Assembly: GCA_963808235.1 (NCBI GenBank)
Contig: CAWEEQ010000004.1
Location: 64,001-128,000 of the forward strand
Source of the DNA: an uncultured delta proteobacterium
GTDB lineage: Bacteria; Desulfobacterota; Binatia; Binatales; Binataceae
Length of the DNA: 64,000 bases
Direction: 5' to 3'
The notes beneath the pieces were generated by a model. It saw only the letters and a program-made list of their open reading frames with translations, was not told the origin of the DNA and made no database searches. The position numbers and the translations under genes were made by a program. Shown here in pieces: positions 9,102 through 18,849 of the stretch; position 1 is the first letter of the stretch, and every line of letters starts with the position of its first letter.

Positions 9102-9776
9102 CTAGCGTCGCGAGCGCGCCGCTACGCGAGCTTGTGCCTGACTGTCGTTCTGGAGCAGGTAGACTTTGGCCGCGGGCGCGGCGCGAATGACTTCGCTTGC
9201 GAAGTTCAAGCCGTTCGCACCCAGAATTTCTGAATCGCAAATGATATTGTCGAAGTCAGCTTCGGTCTCCAGGGCCTGGAGTCCCTCGGCCACCGACGCC
9301 GCGACGATCACGTCGCAACCGCTGCGCTCGAGCCCGCTTCTCATCGATGAGTCTGCAGTGACCTCGGTCTGTTCCTTTCCGATCAGCAGGACTCTCGTTC
9401 GCGGCCGGTCTTCACGAATCTGCGCGGTTGCGTTGGCCTCTGCGATTTCACGCTCGATGAGCGCGGTGCGGATCGCCCCGACGAGCTGTTCCGCGCGTAT
9501 GTAGTCCTGAAGATTCCGCACGCAGTCCACCGCCTTTTCGACCAGGTCCGCGAGACGGTCCATGTTTCCGGTCGACGGCGGCAACGGGTTCTGATGATGG
9601 CGCAGCAAGGCCACCCGCAGTCCGAGCGCGTTCAGAATGTCGTTCAGGTCGATAGCGGCCTGAAGGGCTACCAGACCGATCGGCGCGGGTATTCGCGCCG
9701 AGGTCTGGGAGCCCATAGCAGCAACTTCAGGATGTCGATCGGAAGCTACTTTTGCCGCATCGCCCAAAAGCATCAC
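9102..9776 (-). CDS. Degenerate HisKA-like helix plus atypical receiver domain protein
   Basis: AAIDLNDILNAL (cf. AHDLNNxL); C-terminal VIVAASVAEGL..FDNIICD..NGLNF. Confidence 0.65.
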   Translation of the reverse strand: MMLLGDAAKVASDRHPEVAAMGSQTSARIPAPIGLVALQAAIDLNDILNALGLRVALLRHHQNPLPPSTGNMDRLADLVEKAVDCVRNLQDYIRAEQLVGAIRTALIEREIAEANATAQIREDRPRTRVLLIGKEQTEVTADSSMRSGLERSGCDVIVAASVAEGLQALETEADFDNIICDSEILGANGLNFASEVIRAAPAAKVYLLQNDSQAQARVAARSRR

Positions 9777-9791
9777 ATCACGAGAGAACTA

Positions 9792-10205
9792 TCAGTCCGT
9801 GCGCGAAGCGCTCACGACGGTCAAATTGTTCTTCACCCGCCGGACGCCTTCGGTATGCTCGGCAATGTCGCGCGCGCGGTCAGCCGCCTCGCGCGAGGAC
9901 ACTTGTCCCTGCAGCGTGACCACTCCGGCCCTTGTGTACACGTTAATCGAGGCCGCGCCGAGGGCCGGATCATTGTGCAGCGCCTTTTTGACCCTCATGT
10001 TGACGGTCGTGTCCTTCACCTCGATCTTGGTGCCATGATACACGTCCTCGGCGGCGGCGGCGGTATCGGAACCGGCCTGCTTGAGGTTAGATCCCGCCGC
10101 GTGCATCGCGTCGCCGGCGGACTCCTGCGCGAACGCCGGCATCGCCATCGCGAGGCCCAGCAATACGGCTGGTGCAACGAATTTCAACGAGTGGTTTCTT
10201 TTCAT
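9792..10205 (-). CDS. BON domain (OsmY-like) protein
   Basis: Signal peptide; VKKALHNDP..INVYTRAGVVTLQG..GVRRVKNNL. Confidence 0.9.
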   Translation of the reverse strand: MKRNHSLKFVAPAVLLGLAMAMPAFAQESAGDAMHAAGSNLKQAGSDTAAAAEDVYHGTKIEVKDTTVNMRVKKALHNDPALGAASINVYTRAGVVTLQGQVSSREAADRARDIAEHTEGVRRVKNNLTVVSASRTD

Positions 10206-10233
10206 AATTGGTCTCCCTTTTGACGGGATTTCC

Positions 10234-10428
10234 TTATTCAACGCCTTGCGACTTGAACCATTTCTCGATCGCTTCGCGCTGGTCGCCGGAGCGCTCCTGG
10301 ATCTTTCCGACCAGCTTTTCCATGCTGCCCTGCGCCTGGCGAAGATCATCGTCGGTAATCTGTCCCCATTTGCGTTTGATTTCGCCAGTCAACTGCTTCA
10401 GTTTTCCCTTTGCCTGATCGGTGTTCAT
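10234..10428 (-). CDS. csbD: CsbD family general stress protein
   Basis: KGKLKQLTGEIKRKWGQITDDDL..GKIQERSG. Confidence 0.9.
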   Translation of the reverse strand: MNTDQAKGKLKQLTGEIKRKWGQITDDDLRQAQGSMEKLVGKIQERSGDQREAIEKWFKSQGVE

Positions 10429-10489
10429 TACAAACCTCTCCAGTCCTGTTTGATTAATCAGACCAACTCCGGTCTGACACAGATTATCA

Positions 10490-10505
10490 AGCAATGGTGA
10501 GGCCA
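10490..10505 (-). promoter_or_regulatory. sigma-54 promoter
   Basis: TGGCCT-CACCA-TTGCT upstream of csbD. Confidence 0.7.
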
Positions 10506-10602
10506 GTAGAATAAAGCCCCGAATTACAAGGCTTTTCTTGCGGTACCGGTAGTAATTTCTTCACGCTTCAGGGCGAAAAACAGAACGGCGGGCGGAAGTT
10601 CC

Positions 10603-11430
10603 TCAGCGCATCGAGTTTGTGGAGGTCCCGGCGATTTTGGGCAGTGGATCGAGCAGGGTCGAAGCTTTGCTTGCGAGGCTGGTCGCGGCGACGTTGTCAC
10701 GATCGGCCAGCGCTTTCTTGGCATCCTGGAGGAGTCGTTGCGCGAGGACGTCGCGCGCGGTTTCGTCAGCGCTCAGGTCGTTGCGATCGATTCGCTTTTC
10801 GATCTTGTCGACCTCATCGATTAACTTTGCGGCGTTCGCAGGATCAGGTCCGCTCGAAGATCCTATCGCCGGAAGACTCGCAGTAGCTACGCTGGCGCTC
10901 TCCAAACCGGGCGTGCCTTTGGCGTGCGCCGCCGGAGTCGATCCGGAAGCGCCTGCTGCGAACGCTGCTCCTGGAGTTCCGGCCAAGGAAGCAACCGGGT
11001 TCGCTTCCAGACTGACGACATTTTTGCCGGCGCCCTCACCTTCGACTTGCGATGCTGCATTCGCGGCCTGGCGCGCTTGCTTTGAGGCTTGCAGCGCTTT
11101 TTCCGACGCCTGGGCCGCGCTCTCGGAAGCCTGCGATGCCTTCTCGACCGCGATATGCGCTTCGTTTGCGGATTTCTTGTGACCGCGCGCCTGTCCGGCC
11201 ACCGGCGTCGGTGTCGGCGACGATGTTGCGGACTCGGCTGGTGTAGCTACGGACGCCTCCGATCGAGGCGGCTCAGCCCTGGAGCCAAAGAAACGCCCAA
11301 CGCTCGAGGTTCCGCCCGCGCAACCGGAGAACAAAATCGGCTGCGCTGAAAGCAGACCAAACAGCAACCACAAGGCGAGCCGAGCAGCCTGCCTATGCGG
11401 CGCTGGAGACCGACGTTTTGGCGGGCGCAT
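10603..11430 (-). CDS. Hypothetical Ala-rich lipoprotein overlapping kinase 3' end
   Basis: Lipobox FSGC; helical C-terminal domain. Confidence 0.65.
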   Translation of the reverse strand: MRPPKRRSPAPHRQAARLALWLLFGLLSAQPILFSGCAGGTSSVGRFFGSRAEPPRSEASVATPAESATSSPTPTPVAGQARGHKKSANEAHIAVEKASQASESAAQASEKALQASKQARQAANAASQVEGEGAGKNVVSLEANPVASLAGTPGAAFAAGASGSTPAAHAKGTPGLESASVATASLPAIGSSSGPDPANAAKLIDEVDKIEKRIDRNDLSADETARDVLAQRLLQDAKKALADRDNVAATSLASKASTLLDPLPKIAGTSTNSMR

Positions 11431-13207
11431 TAGCAGCAATCGGAAAAGTGACCGTGCATACCGTACCCTGGCCGACTTGCGAGTCTATAGAAATCTTTCC
11501 GCCGTTCAACTCGATCGCGCGCATCGCAAACGGCAAGCCAAGACCGCTGCCGTTGCTCTTGGTCGTGTAATACAGATCGAAGATTCTATCCAATTGCTCT
11601 TTCGGAATTCCATGCCCCTGGTCGGCGATGCTTACCTCGACCGACGATCCGCCCGTCTTGCTCGACAACTTGATGGCGCCGCCATCGCGCATCGCCTGGT
11701 CGGCGTTGGTTATCACATTGGTCAGCGCCTCGTAAATCATGCCGCGGTCTGCGCGGATGGGCGGCATCGGCGAGTCCAGTTGATATTCGACTTTGATTCG
11801 ATCGCCGATCACATGAGAGCCGAGTTCCTTCAGAAGCTCATTCATGTCGAAATCAGTGACCTTCAAATCCTCGGGGCGCATAAATCGCAGCAAGGCTTCA
11901 ACCGCCTCGTCAAGACGGGTCACTTCGCGCCGCAACCTTTCGACATGCCTTGCGCCTAGCTCGCCTGCTTCACGGCTCAGGAGTTCGAGCCGCATGTTCA
12001 TTCCATGCAAAGGACTGCGCAGTTGATGAGCCAGGCCCGAAATCAGCGTGCCCAGCCGGGCCAGCCGGTTGGAAGCGTCGAGCGCGGTTTCGAGCTCGAT
12101 AACCGGCTGCAGATCGCGCAGAACGATCAGCAGGCCGGCCGGAATTCGTTCGTGGCCGAGGCGGAAAAACGAAACCAGAAAACTGCTGGAATCCCCAAGC
12201 GTCAGCGGGACATCATGAGCTTCGGTGCCCGCGACCGTTGACTGTACGAGCGCGAGGACCGGATGCGAACTGTCGAGAACCGCGGTGAGCGGGCCGCCTT
12301 CAAGCGTGTCTTTCCCCTTCTTCGGTGCAAGCAGTGCTTGCGCTATCTCGTTCACGAACAGCACAACTCCATTGGCATCGAGCAGCACGACGCCGTCCTG
12401 AATCGATCGAATCGCGTCGAAGAGGCCGGTCTGATCGTTGTCCAAGCGAGATCGATCGGCCCTGACCTGGCGCGACAATTCGTTGAATTTCTCCGCCAGG
12501 GTGCTTAGTTCGCCGCCGCCCGCGACTTTGACTTCGGCGGGATTCGCGCCGGCCTTGAGCTGGTCGAAGCCGCGAGCCAACACCGCGAACTGTTCGAGGA
12601 TTCGGTTGGCAATCAGCGACACCACCAGCAAGGCGCCGGCGATGACCAATCCCGCGGTGGTGACGATCACAATCAACAAGTGGCGAACCTTGTCGGCGAT
12701 CAGCGCCGTGGTCACGCCGATCGAAATGGTCGCGACAGGCCGGTTGTTGATTTCCACCCGGCGGCGCGCTTCGAACACCTTGGAGGTCATAAGGTTGGGC
12801 AGCGATGCGAACAGCATCCATCGTCCCGCATCCGCATCGAGTTCCGCGATGGACGCCATGTTGAGCGCCGGCCTTCCCTCACCTTCCCCGTGCGCCGCGA
12901 CGACGATGGTGCCGTCGGCTCCGACAATCGCCGCATTCACGACTCCGGGGCCGAAGGCGACAGTGGAATCGAGCACTTTCCTGACTGGTTCGCTATTCTT
13001 CAGCTTCTCGGTGACGTTGGCGCCGTTGCCTTGTTCCAGCGCGAGGCGCACCTGTTCGAAGATCTGCTCGATCATGAAGTCGGTGGACCGGGACATGTCC
13101 TCGATCATCGTGTCGATTCTGGAATCGAGCGAGATGAGGCTCAGCGCGATGATCGGAACGAGCATCAATGCGAGAGCGATGAGGGCCAGTCTTGCTCGCA
13201 GTTGCAT
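11393..13207 (-). CDS. Sensor histidine kinase (2TM, HAMP, PAS, HisKA, HATPase)
   Basis: LAHQLRSPL, NVITNA, DQGHG, GSGLGL. Confidence 0.93.
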   Translation of the reverse strand: MQLRARLALIALALMLVPIIALSLISLDSRIDTMIEDMSRSTDFMIEQIFEQVRLALEQGNGANVTEKLKNSEPVRKVLDSTVAFGPGVVNAAIVGADGTIVVAAHGEGEGRPALNMASIAELDADAGRWMLFASLPNLMTSKVFEARRRVEINNRPVATISIGVTTALIADKVRHLLIVIVTTAGLVIAGALLVVSLIANRILEQFAVLARGFDQLKAGANPAEVKVAGGGELSTLAEKFNELSRQVRADRSRLDNDQTGLFDAIRSIQDGVVLLDANGVVLFVNEIAQALLAPKKGKDTLEGGPLTAVLDSSHPVLALVQSTVAGTEAHDVPLTLGDSSSFLVSFFRLGHERIPAGLLIVLRDLQPVIELETALDASNRLARLGTLISGLAHQLRSPLHGMNMRLELLSREAGELGARHVERLRREVTRLDEAVEALLRFMRPEDLKVTDFDMNELLKELGSHVIGDRIKVEYQLDSPMPPIRADRGMIYEALTNVITNADQAMRDGGAIKLSSKTGGSSVEVSIADQGHGIPKEQLDRIFDLYYTTKSNGSGLGLPFAMRAIELNGGKISIDSQVGQGTVCTVTFPIAANAPAKTSVSSAA

Positions 13208-13269
13208 TAATTACCCGCGTCAATTTTGGTCCGGCTCAGAATGTCGTCGCAAGGCCAAACCGCGAGAGA

Positions 13270-13410
13270 CGACTAACGCTCCGAGGGCCGAGTCGTTCAA
13301 GCTTGTTGTACAGAGTTCTCGCGCCGAGGCCAAGAACCTCGGCGCGCGACTTTTATTCGTACCGTGAATTCGATTGTGCGCGCGATCATTTCATTCTCGA
13401 CCGTTCTCCA
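13270..13410 (-). pseudogene. Degenerate duplicate of 3' end (Fis HTH) of the NtrC-family gene
   Basis: Aligns by eye with 15495-15634; reads VENEMIARTIEFT/GTNKSRA/AEVLGLGARTLYNKLERLGP across frameshifts. Confidence 0.8.
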
Positions 13411-13489
13411 TAAATGCGATTCAAAATCAGGTTGGGAAATGGCGGTCCCTTAACCAGTAAGCTAGTGAATTGCACGCGTCTGGCGTAGC

Positions 13490-14251
13490 ATGCAGACCGA
13501 TGCGTCGGTCACGATGAAAAGGTCCCCGCGATCAGATAGAACGAGAAGTCTCAAGGGACTCGCCAACATTTCCTGGCTCGCGGCGGAACAACTGGAGAAA
13601 CTTGCCGACGCACTGACGGTGACCCGTCACGAAAAGCGGAGCACTATTTTCTCTGACAAACATTCCTCCGAAGCCGCTTTCATTTTGCTTTCTGGTGTTG
13701 CTCGCATTACCTGCGTCAATCGCAAGGGCCGGCGAACAATGGCGATCTTGTTGTCGCCCGGACTGATTCCGGAGTTCCCGTTAGCCGTAGCCGGCATCAC
13801 GTACAGCTTTCGCTGCGAAGCCGTTACCAGTTGCCAGGTTGGAACCACTGGATTCGATAACTTCATGAAAATCTGCCTAGGGATCGGATCGGCAAGCTTC
13901 CGGAAGATGGCCGCCGGTCTTTTAGGACGTTGGGACCGGGTGCACCTGCGCTGCTCCAACTTGATGGCATGCACGATTGAGGAACGCCTGGCGCTCACGC
14001 TGCTCGATTTGACCGAGAATTTCGGTGTTCGCAGACTGCACGGGGGAGTGCTGCTGGGCGAGCTGATCCGGCAAGGCGATTTGGCTGAGCTAGTCGGAGC
14101 CTCGCGACCTCGAGTAACGGAACATTTGCGCAAGCTTACGCAGAAACACCTGATTTCCCGGAACAGTCAGGGCATGGTGGTAGACGACAAAGGACTGAGA
14201 AGCTTTCTGCTGGAAAGAGATCGCGAAGGGTTCTCTGGGGAACTCCGTTAG
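13490..14251 (+). CDS. Crp/Fnr family transcriptional regulator
   Basis: cNMP-like beta-roll; IEERLALTLL..QGDLAELVGASRPRVTEHL HTH. Confidence 0.9.
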   Translation: MQTDASVTMKRSPRSDRTRSLKGLANISWLAAEQLEKLADALTVTRHEKRSTIFSDKHSSEAAFILLSGVARITCVNRKGRRTMAILLSPGLIPEFPLAVAGITYSFRCEAVTSCQVGTTGFDNFMKICLGIGSASFRKMAAGLLGRWDRVHLRCSNLMACTIEERLALTLLDLTENFGVRRLHGGVLLGELIRQGDLAELVGASRPRVTEHLRKLTQKHLISRNSQGMVVDDKGLRSFLLERDREGFSGELR

Positions 14252-14476
14252 TTCGATTTTCCTTACATTGCTACGTATACGCATGAGATGCTGATCCGGA
14301 CAGCATCGGCGCGGATTTTGCCCGCCGGAAAGATTCCACCACGCGCTTGATAATTTGTCCGTGGAATCCGAAACACCTTGGTGCTTCGTCCGCACTTTAT
14401 TGGTTCAGATAAACTATGAGCGAATGGACTCTCAACGCGCAGTCGATCAAGGGCAAGATTCCCCAGGGGTACCGCC

Positions 14477-15460
14477 ATGCCAAGTGAAATATTGCGAGAG
14501 CTCATTCTTGAGCTTAGCGAATCCGATCGTACCGAGATCATCCGCGAGGCAGGGATACCTGACGACCGGCCGGCGCTCCTGCGCGGAGGCGCAGAGGATG
14601 GACCTGTGGAGGAGGCCGATTCCTGGGTAACTCAGAATGGCGCCAAGATACTTCCGCATCTCTTACGAAGGATCGATCCTTCAGACAGTGAGATGGTCCA
14701 GCTCGTTCAAAGCGGAATGTTGCCTTTCGACCCAAACTTGCTGGAACCGCGCGAATTTATTGTTCGATTCAACCATCCCGCGATGCGCAGTGCGCCCGAT
14801 GGCGGGCTGCCGCTCTCCGAAGTCGCGGCCACCTCATTAGCGCTGACTGAACTCGTTACCTCGCTGTTGTCCGCGAATCGCTCGTTTGGCGCGGACACCG
14901 TGATGCCGACGGTACGGGTTGCCGCTGGCTCGGTGGACTTTTCCGCAATGGGCACGGGTTTGATCGCGGCCGGGTTGGGTCTGCTCGCTGCGTGCGGGAT
15001 CGGTGTGATTTCTGCCCCTGTTATCGCAGGCACGGCGGTCCTCTCCAGTGCTATCGATCTGACGCTGAATTGGCAGAAGCGAAGTTCCGAAAAGGGAAGA
15101 AGCGACGGAGAGAAGGCAGGAGCCGTTGCCGAGAGGGAGAGGGCCGATGCCGACCGGGCAAGAGCCGATGACAAAAAAATCGAAGTGGAGACAATAGGCC
15201 AGGAACTGGAGAATGAGATCAAGCGGGTTCGATTGGGCAACTTGCCGGTTCAGGCGGAAGCCCATAAGGCGGAGAAGTCCGAAACGCGTCCACCGTCATT
15301 CTTCGTACCTTTTGCGCTAATCGAGCAAACCGCGCAAGAAAATGGTTTGGCGGCGGCGCACGGTGTCCATCTCGTCAATCGAGGATTGCCGTCCCTATTC
15401 GCGATTCTGCGCGTGATGCCCGGACTGCTGATTACCGTCGAGAATAGAGTGCTGCAATAG
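14477..15460 (+). CDS. Hypothetical protein (hydrophobic hairpin plus charged coiled coil)
   Basis: 327-aa ORF filling the gap; no recognised motif. Confidence 0.6.
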   Translation: MPSEILRELILELSESDRTEIIREAGIPDDRPALLRGGAEDGPVEEADSWVTQNGAKILPHLLRRIDPSDSEMVQLVQSGMLPFDPNLLEPREFIVRFNHPAMRSAPDGGLPLSEVAATSLALTELVTSLLSANRSFGADTVMPTVRVAAGSVDFSAMGTGLIAAGLGLLAACGIGVISAPVIAGTAVLSSAIDLTLNWQKRSSEKGRSDGEKAGAVAERERADADRARADDKKIEVETIGQELENEIKRVRLGNLPVQAEAHKAEKSETRPPSFFVPFALIEQTAQENGLAAAHGVHLVNRGLPSLFAILRVMPGLLITVENRVLQ

Positions 15461-15497
15461 ACCGCGGCGGCCGGTTGCGTTTCTCCGGCGGGCGCGA

Positions 15498-16859
15498 CTA
15501 ACGCTCCGGGCCGAACCGTTCCAACTTGTTGTACAAGGTCTTCGCGCTGACGCCGAGAATCTCCGCCGCGCGAGTTTTGTTCCCGCCGGTGAATTCGATG
15601 GTTCGCGAGATCATTTCCTTCTCGACATCCTCCAGCGACGATCCGATTGGGATCTTGATAAAGCTGCCGTCGTTGGTGCTCGCGGCGCGGAAGTCGTCGG
15701 GCAAATCCGACTTGCGGATCATCCGCCCATCGCAAACGATCAGCGCGCGCTCGAGAACGTTGCGGAGTTGGCGCACGTTTCCCGGCCACGGATGCGCCAT
15801 CAGCGCCTTCATGCATTCCTCGTCCACCCCGACCACATCTTTCTTGTTCTGCTCGGCGTAATGACCGACGAACATTTGAATGAGCTGCGGCATGTCGTCG
15901 GCGCGCTCGCGCAGCGGGGGAAGCTGGATCGTGAAAACATTTAATCGGTAATACAGATCGGAGCGGAGCTTGCCGTCGCGAACTGCCTGCTCCACGTCCC
16001 GATTCGAGGCCGCCAGCACGCGCACATCCAGCGGTATCTCGGCCGTGCCGCCGACCCGGCGCACGCGGCCTTCCTCGATCACGCGCAGCAGCTTGGCCTG
16101 CAACTCGACTTTCATCTCGGTAATCTCGTCGAGCAGCAAAGTGCCGCCGTTGGCAACTTCGAAGCATCCTTCCTTGCGCCGATCCGCTCCGGTAAACGAG
16201 CCGCGCTCGTGGCCGAACAGCTCGCTCTCCATCAGAGTCTCTGGAATCGCGGCGCAGTTCACCGGCACGTAGGCCGCATCGCGACGCGGCGATAGCTCGT
16301 GAATGGTGCGAGCCACCAGCTCCTTGCCGGTGCCGCTATCGCCGGTTATCACCACTGACGCTGACGACTGTGCGAGCCGTTCGATGGCCGAGATCACGCG
16401 GCGCATCGCGAGCGAGCGCCCGAACAGCGGCCCGAGTTCACCGACGTTGGCCAGTCTTCGCCGCAGGGTCGTATTTTCCTCGCGAATGGAAATATTGTCG
16501 GCGATGTTTCGCAACACTCGCTCCAAATGCGCAGGGTCGACGGGCTTGCGCAGATAGTCGATGGCGCCGAGCTTGAGCGCCTCGACGGCGTCGGGAATCT
16601 CGCCTTGTCCGGAGATCATTATGGCCGGGAGGCGGATTCCGAGCTCCTGGATATCGCGCAGCAGCTCGAGGCCGTTTTTGCGCGGCATCCTCAAGTCCGA
16701 GACAAGGATGTGGGGATTGAAGCTGCTGATCAGCTCCAGCGCCTTGATGCCATCTTCCGCTATTTCGATGCGGAAGCCCCAGGCCGCCAGGGACTCGCCC
16801 CATTCCTCGTGGGTGTTTACGTCGTCCTCAGCAATCAGAACTCGAATTTCGTTGGTCAT
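15498..16859 (-). CDS. sigma-54-dependent response regulator (NtrC/AtoC family)
   Basis: REC; GDSGTGKE, GSFTGA, LLLDEI, WPGNVRQL; Fis HTH. Confidence 0.96.
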   Translation of the reverse strand: MTNEIRVLIAEDDVNTHEEWGESLAAWGFRIEIAEDGIKALELISSFNPHILVSDLRMPRKNGLELLRDIQELGIRLPAIMISGQGEIPDAVEALKLGAIDYLRKPVDPAHLERVLRNIADNISIREENTTLRRRLANVGELGPLFGRSLAMRRVISAIERLAQSSASVVITGDSGTGKELVARTIHELSPRRDAAYVPVNCAAIPETLMESELFGHERGSFTGADRRKEGCFEVANGGTLLLDEITEMKVELQAKLLRVIEEGRVRRVGGTAEIPLDVRVLAASNRDVEQAVRDGKLRSDLYYRLNVFTIQLPPLRERADDMPQLIQMFVGHYAEQNKKDVVGVDEECMKALMAHPWPGNVRQLRNVLERALIVCDGRMIRKSDLPDDFRAASTNDGSFIKIPIGSSLEDVEKEMISRTIEFTGGNKTRAAEILGVSAKTLYNKLERFGPER

Positions 16860-17105
16860 AGGTTTGAGCGGGAGAAGTTCGTCTCGGATGATTTCAATAG
16901 TCGAAGTCGTTTCGTGACCGAGCGCATCGGCGCCGCATGTGCACCAGATACAGCAATACTAGGACCGAATGCCGGTGGTGCTCAAGGACATGTCAAAGAG
17001 AGCTAAAGCATATTGAAGCTATTGCTTTCTGCAAGGTCGATCGGCAATTTTTACCGCATTCGCCTCTACGTTATCGAACTATCAAACATTTGCAGCGCCG
17101 TACAG

Positions 17106-17121
17106 TGGCAGATGACTTGCT
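17106..17121 (+). promoter_or_regulatory. sigma-54 promoter
   Basis: TGGCAG-ATGAC-TTGCT. Confidence 0.72.
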
Positions 17122-17186
17122 TCTTAAATCCCGAGGCGGCCGGATTCACAATTTCAATTATGCGACCGGCGTCCAGGGAGAGCAAA

Positions 17187-17435
17187 ATGGCCAGCGACAA
17201 CCTTTCCAATAGCGCGGGACGGATCGTGGACGAGGGCCGCGAAAAACTGGGCGAGTACGCCGACAAGGGCCGTGACATGCTGAACGACTATGCCGACAAG
17301 GGGATGGATTACGTCTCGTCGGCGAATTCGGCGATGACGACGTTCATTCGCGAAGAGCCTCTGCTCGCGATGGCAACGGTGTTCGCCGCCGGATACCTCG
17401 CCGCGCGCATCCTCAATCAATTGACGCGGCGATAG
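17187..17435 (+). CDS. DUF883/ElaB-YqjD-like tail-anchored protein
   Basis: Helical N-terminus, FIREEPLLAM..AAGYLAARIL tail. Confidence 0.7.
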   Translation: MASDNLSNSAGRIVDEGREKLGEYADKGRDMLNDYADKGMDYVSSANSAMTTFIREEPLLAMATVFAAGYLAARILNQLTRR

Positions 17436-17441
17436 CAGGCG

Positions 17442-17708
17442 ATGGCAAACCAGAAGGCTCAACCCGGTCAAACGCTGCGCGAGCTGATCGTCGAATACCC
17501 GGAGCGCTCGTTTGCTATTGCGGCGCTCAGCGGATTTGCCGTCGGCGGGGGCCTCAGCAGCCGGACCTCGTTTCAAATCATCTTGATGGCTCTGGAAGCC
17601 GTGGTCGGAGACCGTCTGATACCGACGATGAGGTCGGGTAACGGCGCGCATTCATCCGGCAACGGCAAGGACTCAAATGAACGACGACGCTCCCGAAATA
17701 AAAAATGA
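17442..17708 (+). CDS. Hypothetical small membrane protein
   Basis: EYPERSFAIAALSGFAVGGGL; operonic. Confidence 0.6.
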   Translation: MANQKAQPGQTLRELIVEYPERSFAIAALSGFAVGGGLSSRTSFQIILMALEAVVGDRLIPTMRSGNGAHSSGNGKDSNERRRSRNKK

Positions 17709-17976
17709 AATCGAGGACGCGACAGAGGACCTTCGCGACGCACTGAACGAAGTCAACGACCGCGTCGGCGAAGGCATCGCGCGAGTCGAAAGCGGGTTCG
17801 CAAACCTGAATCCGCAGCGGAGCATCCAACGGCGGCCAATGGCGGCGGCATGCCTGGCGGGCGCCGTCGGCGCCACCTTCGGCTCGAGAACACTTCAAGC
17901 TTCGATATTGGGCCTGGCATTGTTTGGAGTTGCCGTCGCGCTAATCGCAAAAGATGGAATCGTCGAGGAAGAATGA
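17677..17976 (+). CDS. Hypothetical (DUF3618/DUF883-like) protein
   Basis: IKNEIEDATEDLRDALNEV..RRPMAAACLAGAVG. Confidence 0.6.
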   Translation: MNDDAPEIKNEIEDATEDLRDALNEVNDRVGEGIARVESGFANLNPQRSIQRRPMAAACLAGAVGATFGSRTLQASILGLALFGVAVALIAKDGIVEEE

Positions 17977-18359
17977 AGCGCGCGGAAACCGAAATTGCGG
18001 CGAGCGGCAACCGCGTCGGTAAAGAGACAGACCTCCCCGACCTGGGAGTTCGCATCCTCTCCGATTTTGGACGAATCGTCGCGGCCGAAGCCCGCTTGCT
18101 CGAAATAAACCTGCTCGGGGGCGCACAGGCCGTAGTCGACAGGATTTATCTCGCGTCGGTGCTGGTCGTAATCTCCGCCATCGGCGTTATCGCAATTATC
18201 GGCAGCATGACTCTTTTGCTGCATCAGTGGATGCCCTGGTGGCAAGTGCTGGGAATCGTGGGAATTGTTTCGTTACTGCTCGCCGAGATTCTGCGCCGTA
18301 CATTGATGCCCGCCAACGTTCCCATCTACCAAGTTTCTACGCCGCGCGACAATCAGTAA
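17973..18359 (+). CDS. Holin-like (YqjE/superfamily III) 2-TM protein
   Basis: ATGA overlap; IVAAEARLL followed by two TM segments. Confidence 0.6.
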   Translation: MKRAETEIAASGNRVGKETDLPDLGVRILSDFGRIVAAEARLLEINLLGGAQAVVDRIYLASVLVVISAIGVIAIIGSMTLLLHQWMPWWQVLGIVGIVSLLLAEILRRTLMPANVPIYQVSTPRDNQ

Positions 18360-18463
18360 CCGTACCGACCGGTTTTGAAACGTTATTTCTGAAAACGTTA
18401 TATAGTTCACGCATGCCGGCTGGAAATACTGCATTTCGCAGAACCGATCTTTATACTTGGTAA

Positions 18464-18479
18464 TGGCATAGTAGTTGCT
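18464..18479 (+). promoter_or_regulatory. sigma-54 promoter
   Basis: TGGCAT-AGTAG-TTGCT. Confidence 0.78.
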
Positions 18480-18513
18480 CGATACTACATCAGGTGTTGG
18501 AGGCCATACTCAT

Positions 18514-18675
18514 ATGCTATACTACGCCTTAGTATTTTTGCTGATTTCTCTGGTCGCAGCGGCATTCGGTTTCGGCGGCATCGCGGGAGTATCAGCGGAG
18601 TTTGCCAGAGTGCTGTTCTTCGTCTTTCTGGTACTGTTTATCGTGTCTCTGGTCGCAGGACGAGTCATCATATAG
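18514..18675 (+). CDS. DUF1328 (YtjA/UPF0391) membrane protein
   Basis: [25 protein letters not shown] signature; GGAGG RBS. Confidence 0.92.
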   Translation: MLYYALVFLLISLVAAAFGFGGIAGVSAEFARVLFFVFLVLFIVSLVAGRVII

Positions 18676-18849
18676 TCGCACACAAGAGCGATCACTCTGC
18701 TGATCGCCAGCGAAGGCCCACGGTGCGAGATAACTCGCACTGTGGGTCCTCTCGCAAATCACTCTACCCACACGCTCCCAATATGTTCATAGTCGATCAG
18801 TCTCGTTCGATAGAGCGGTCGGCATCGCGAGTCGAAGCTGATTCGCCTG

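Noticed and set aside
17973-18359. Prophage lysis gene
   Set aside because: YqjE-like holin homologs are normal members of DUF883 stress operons; no phage genes nearby
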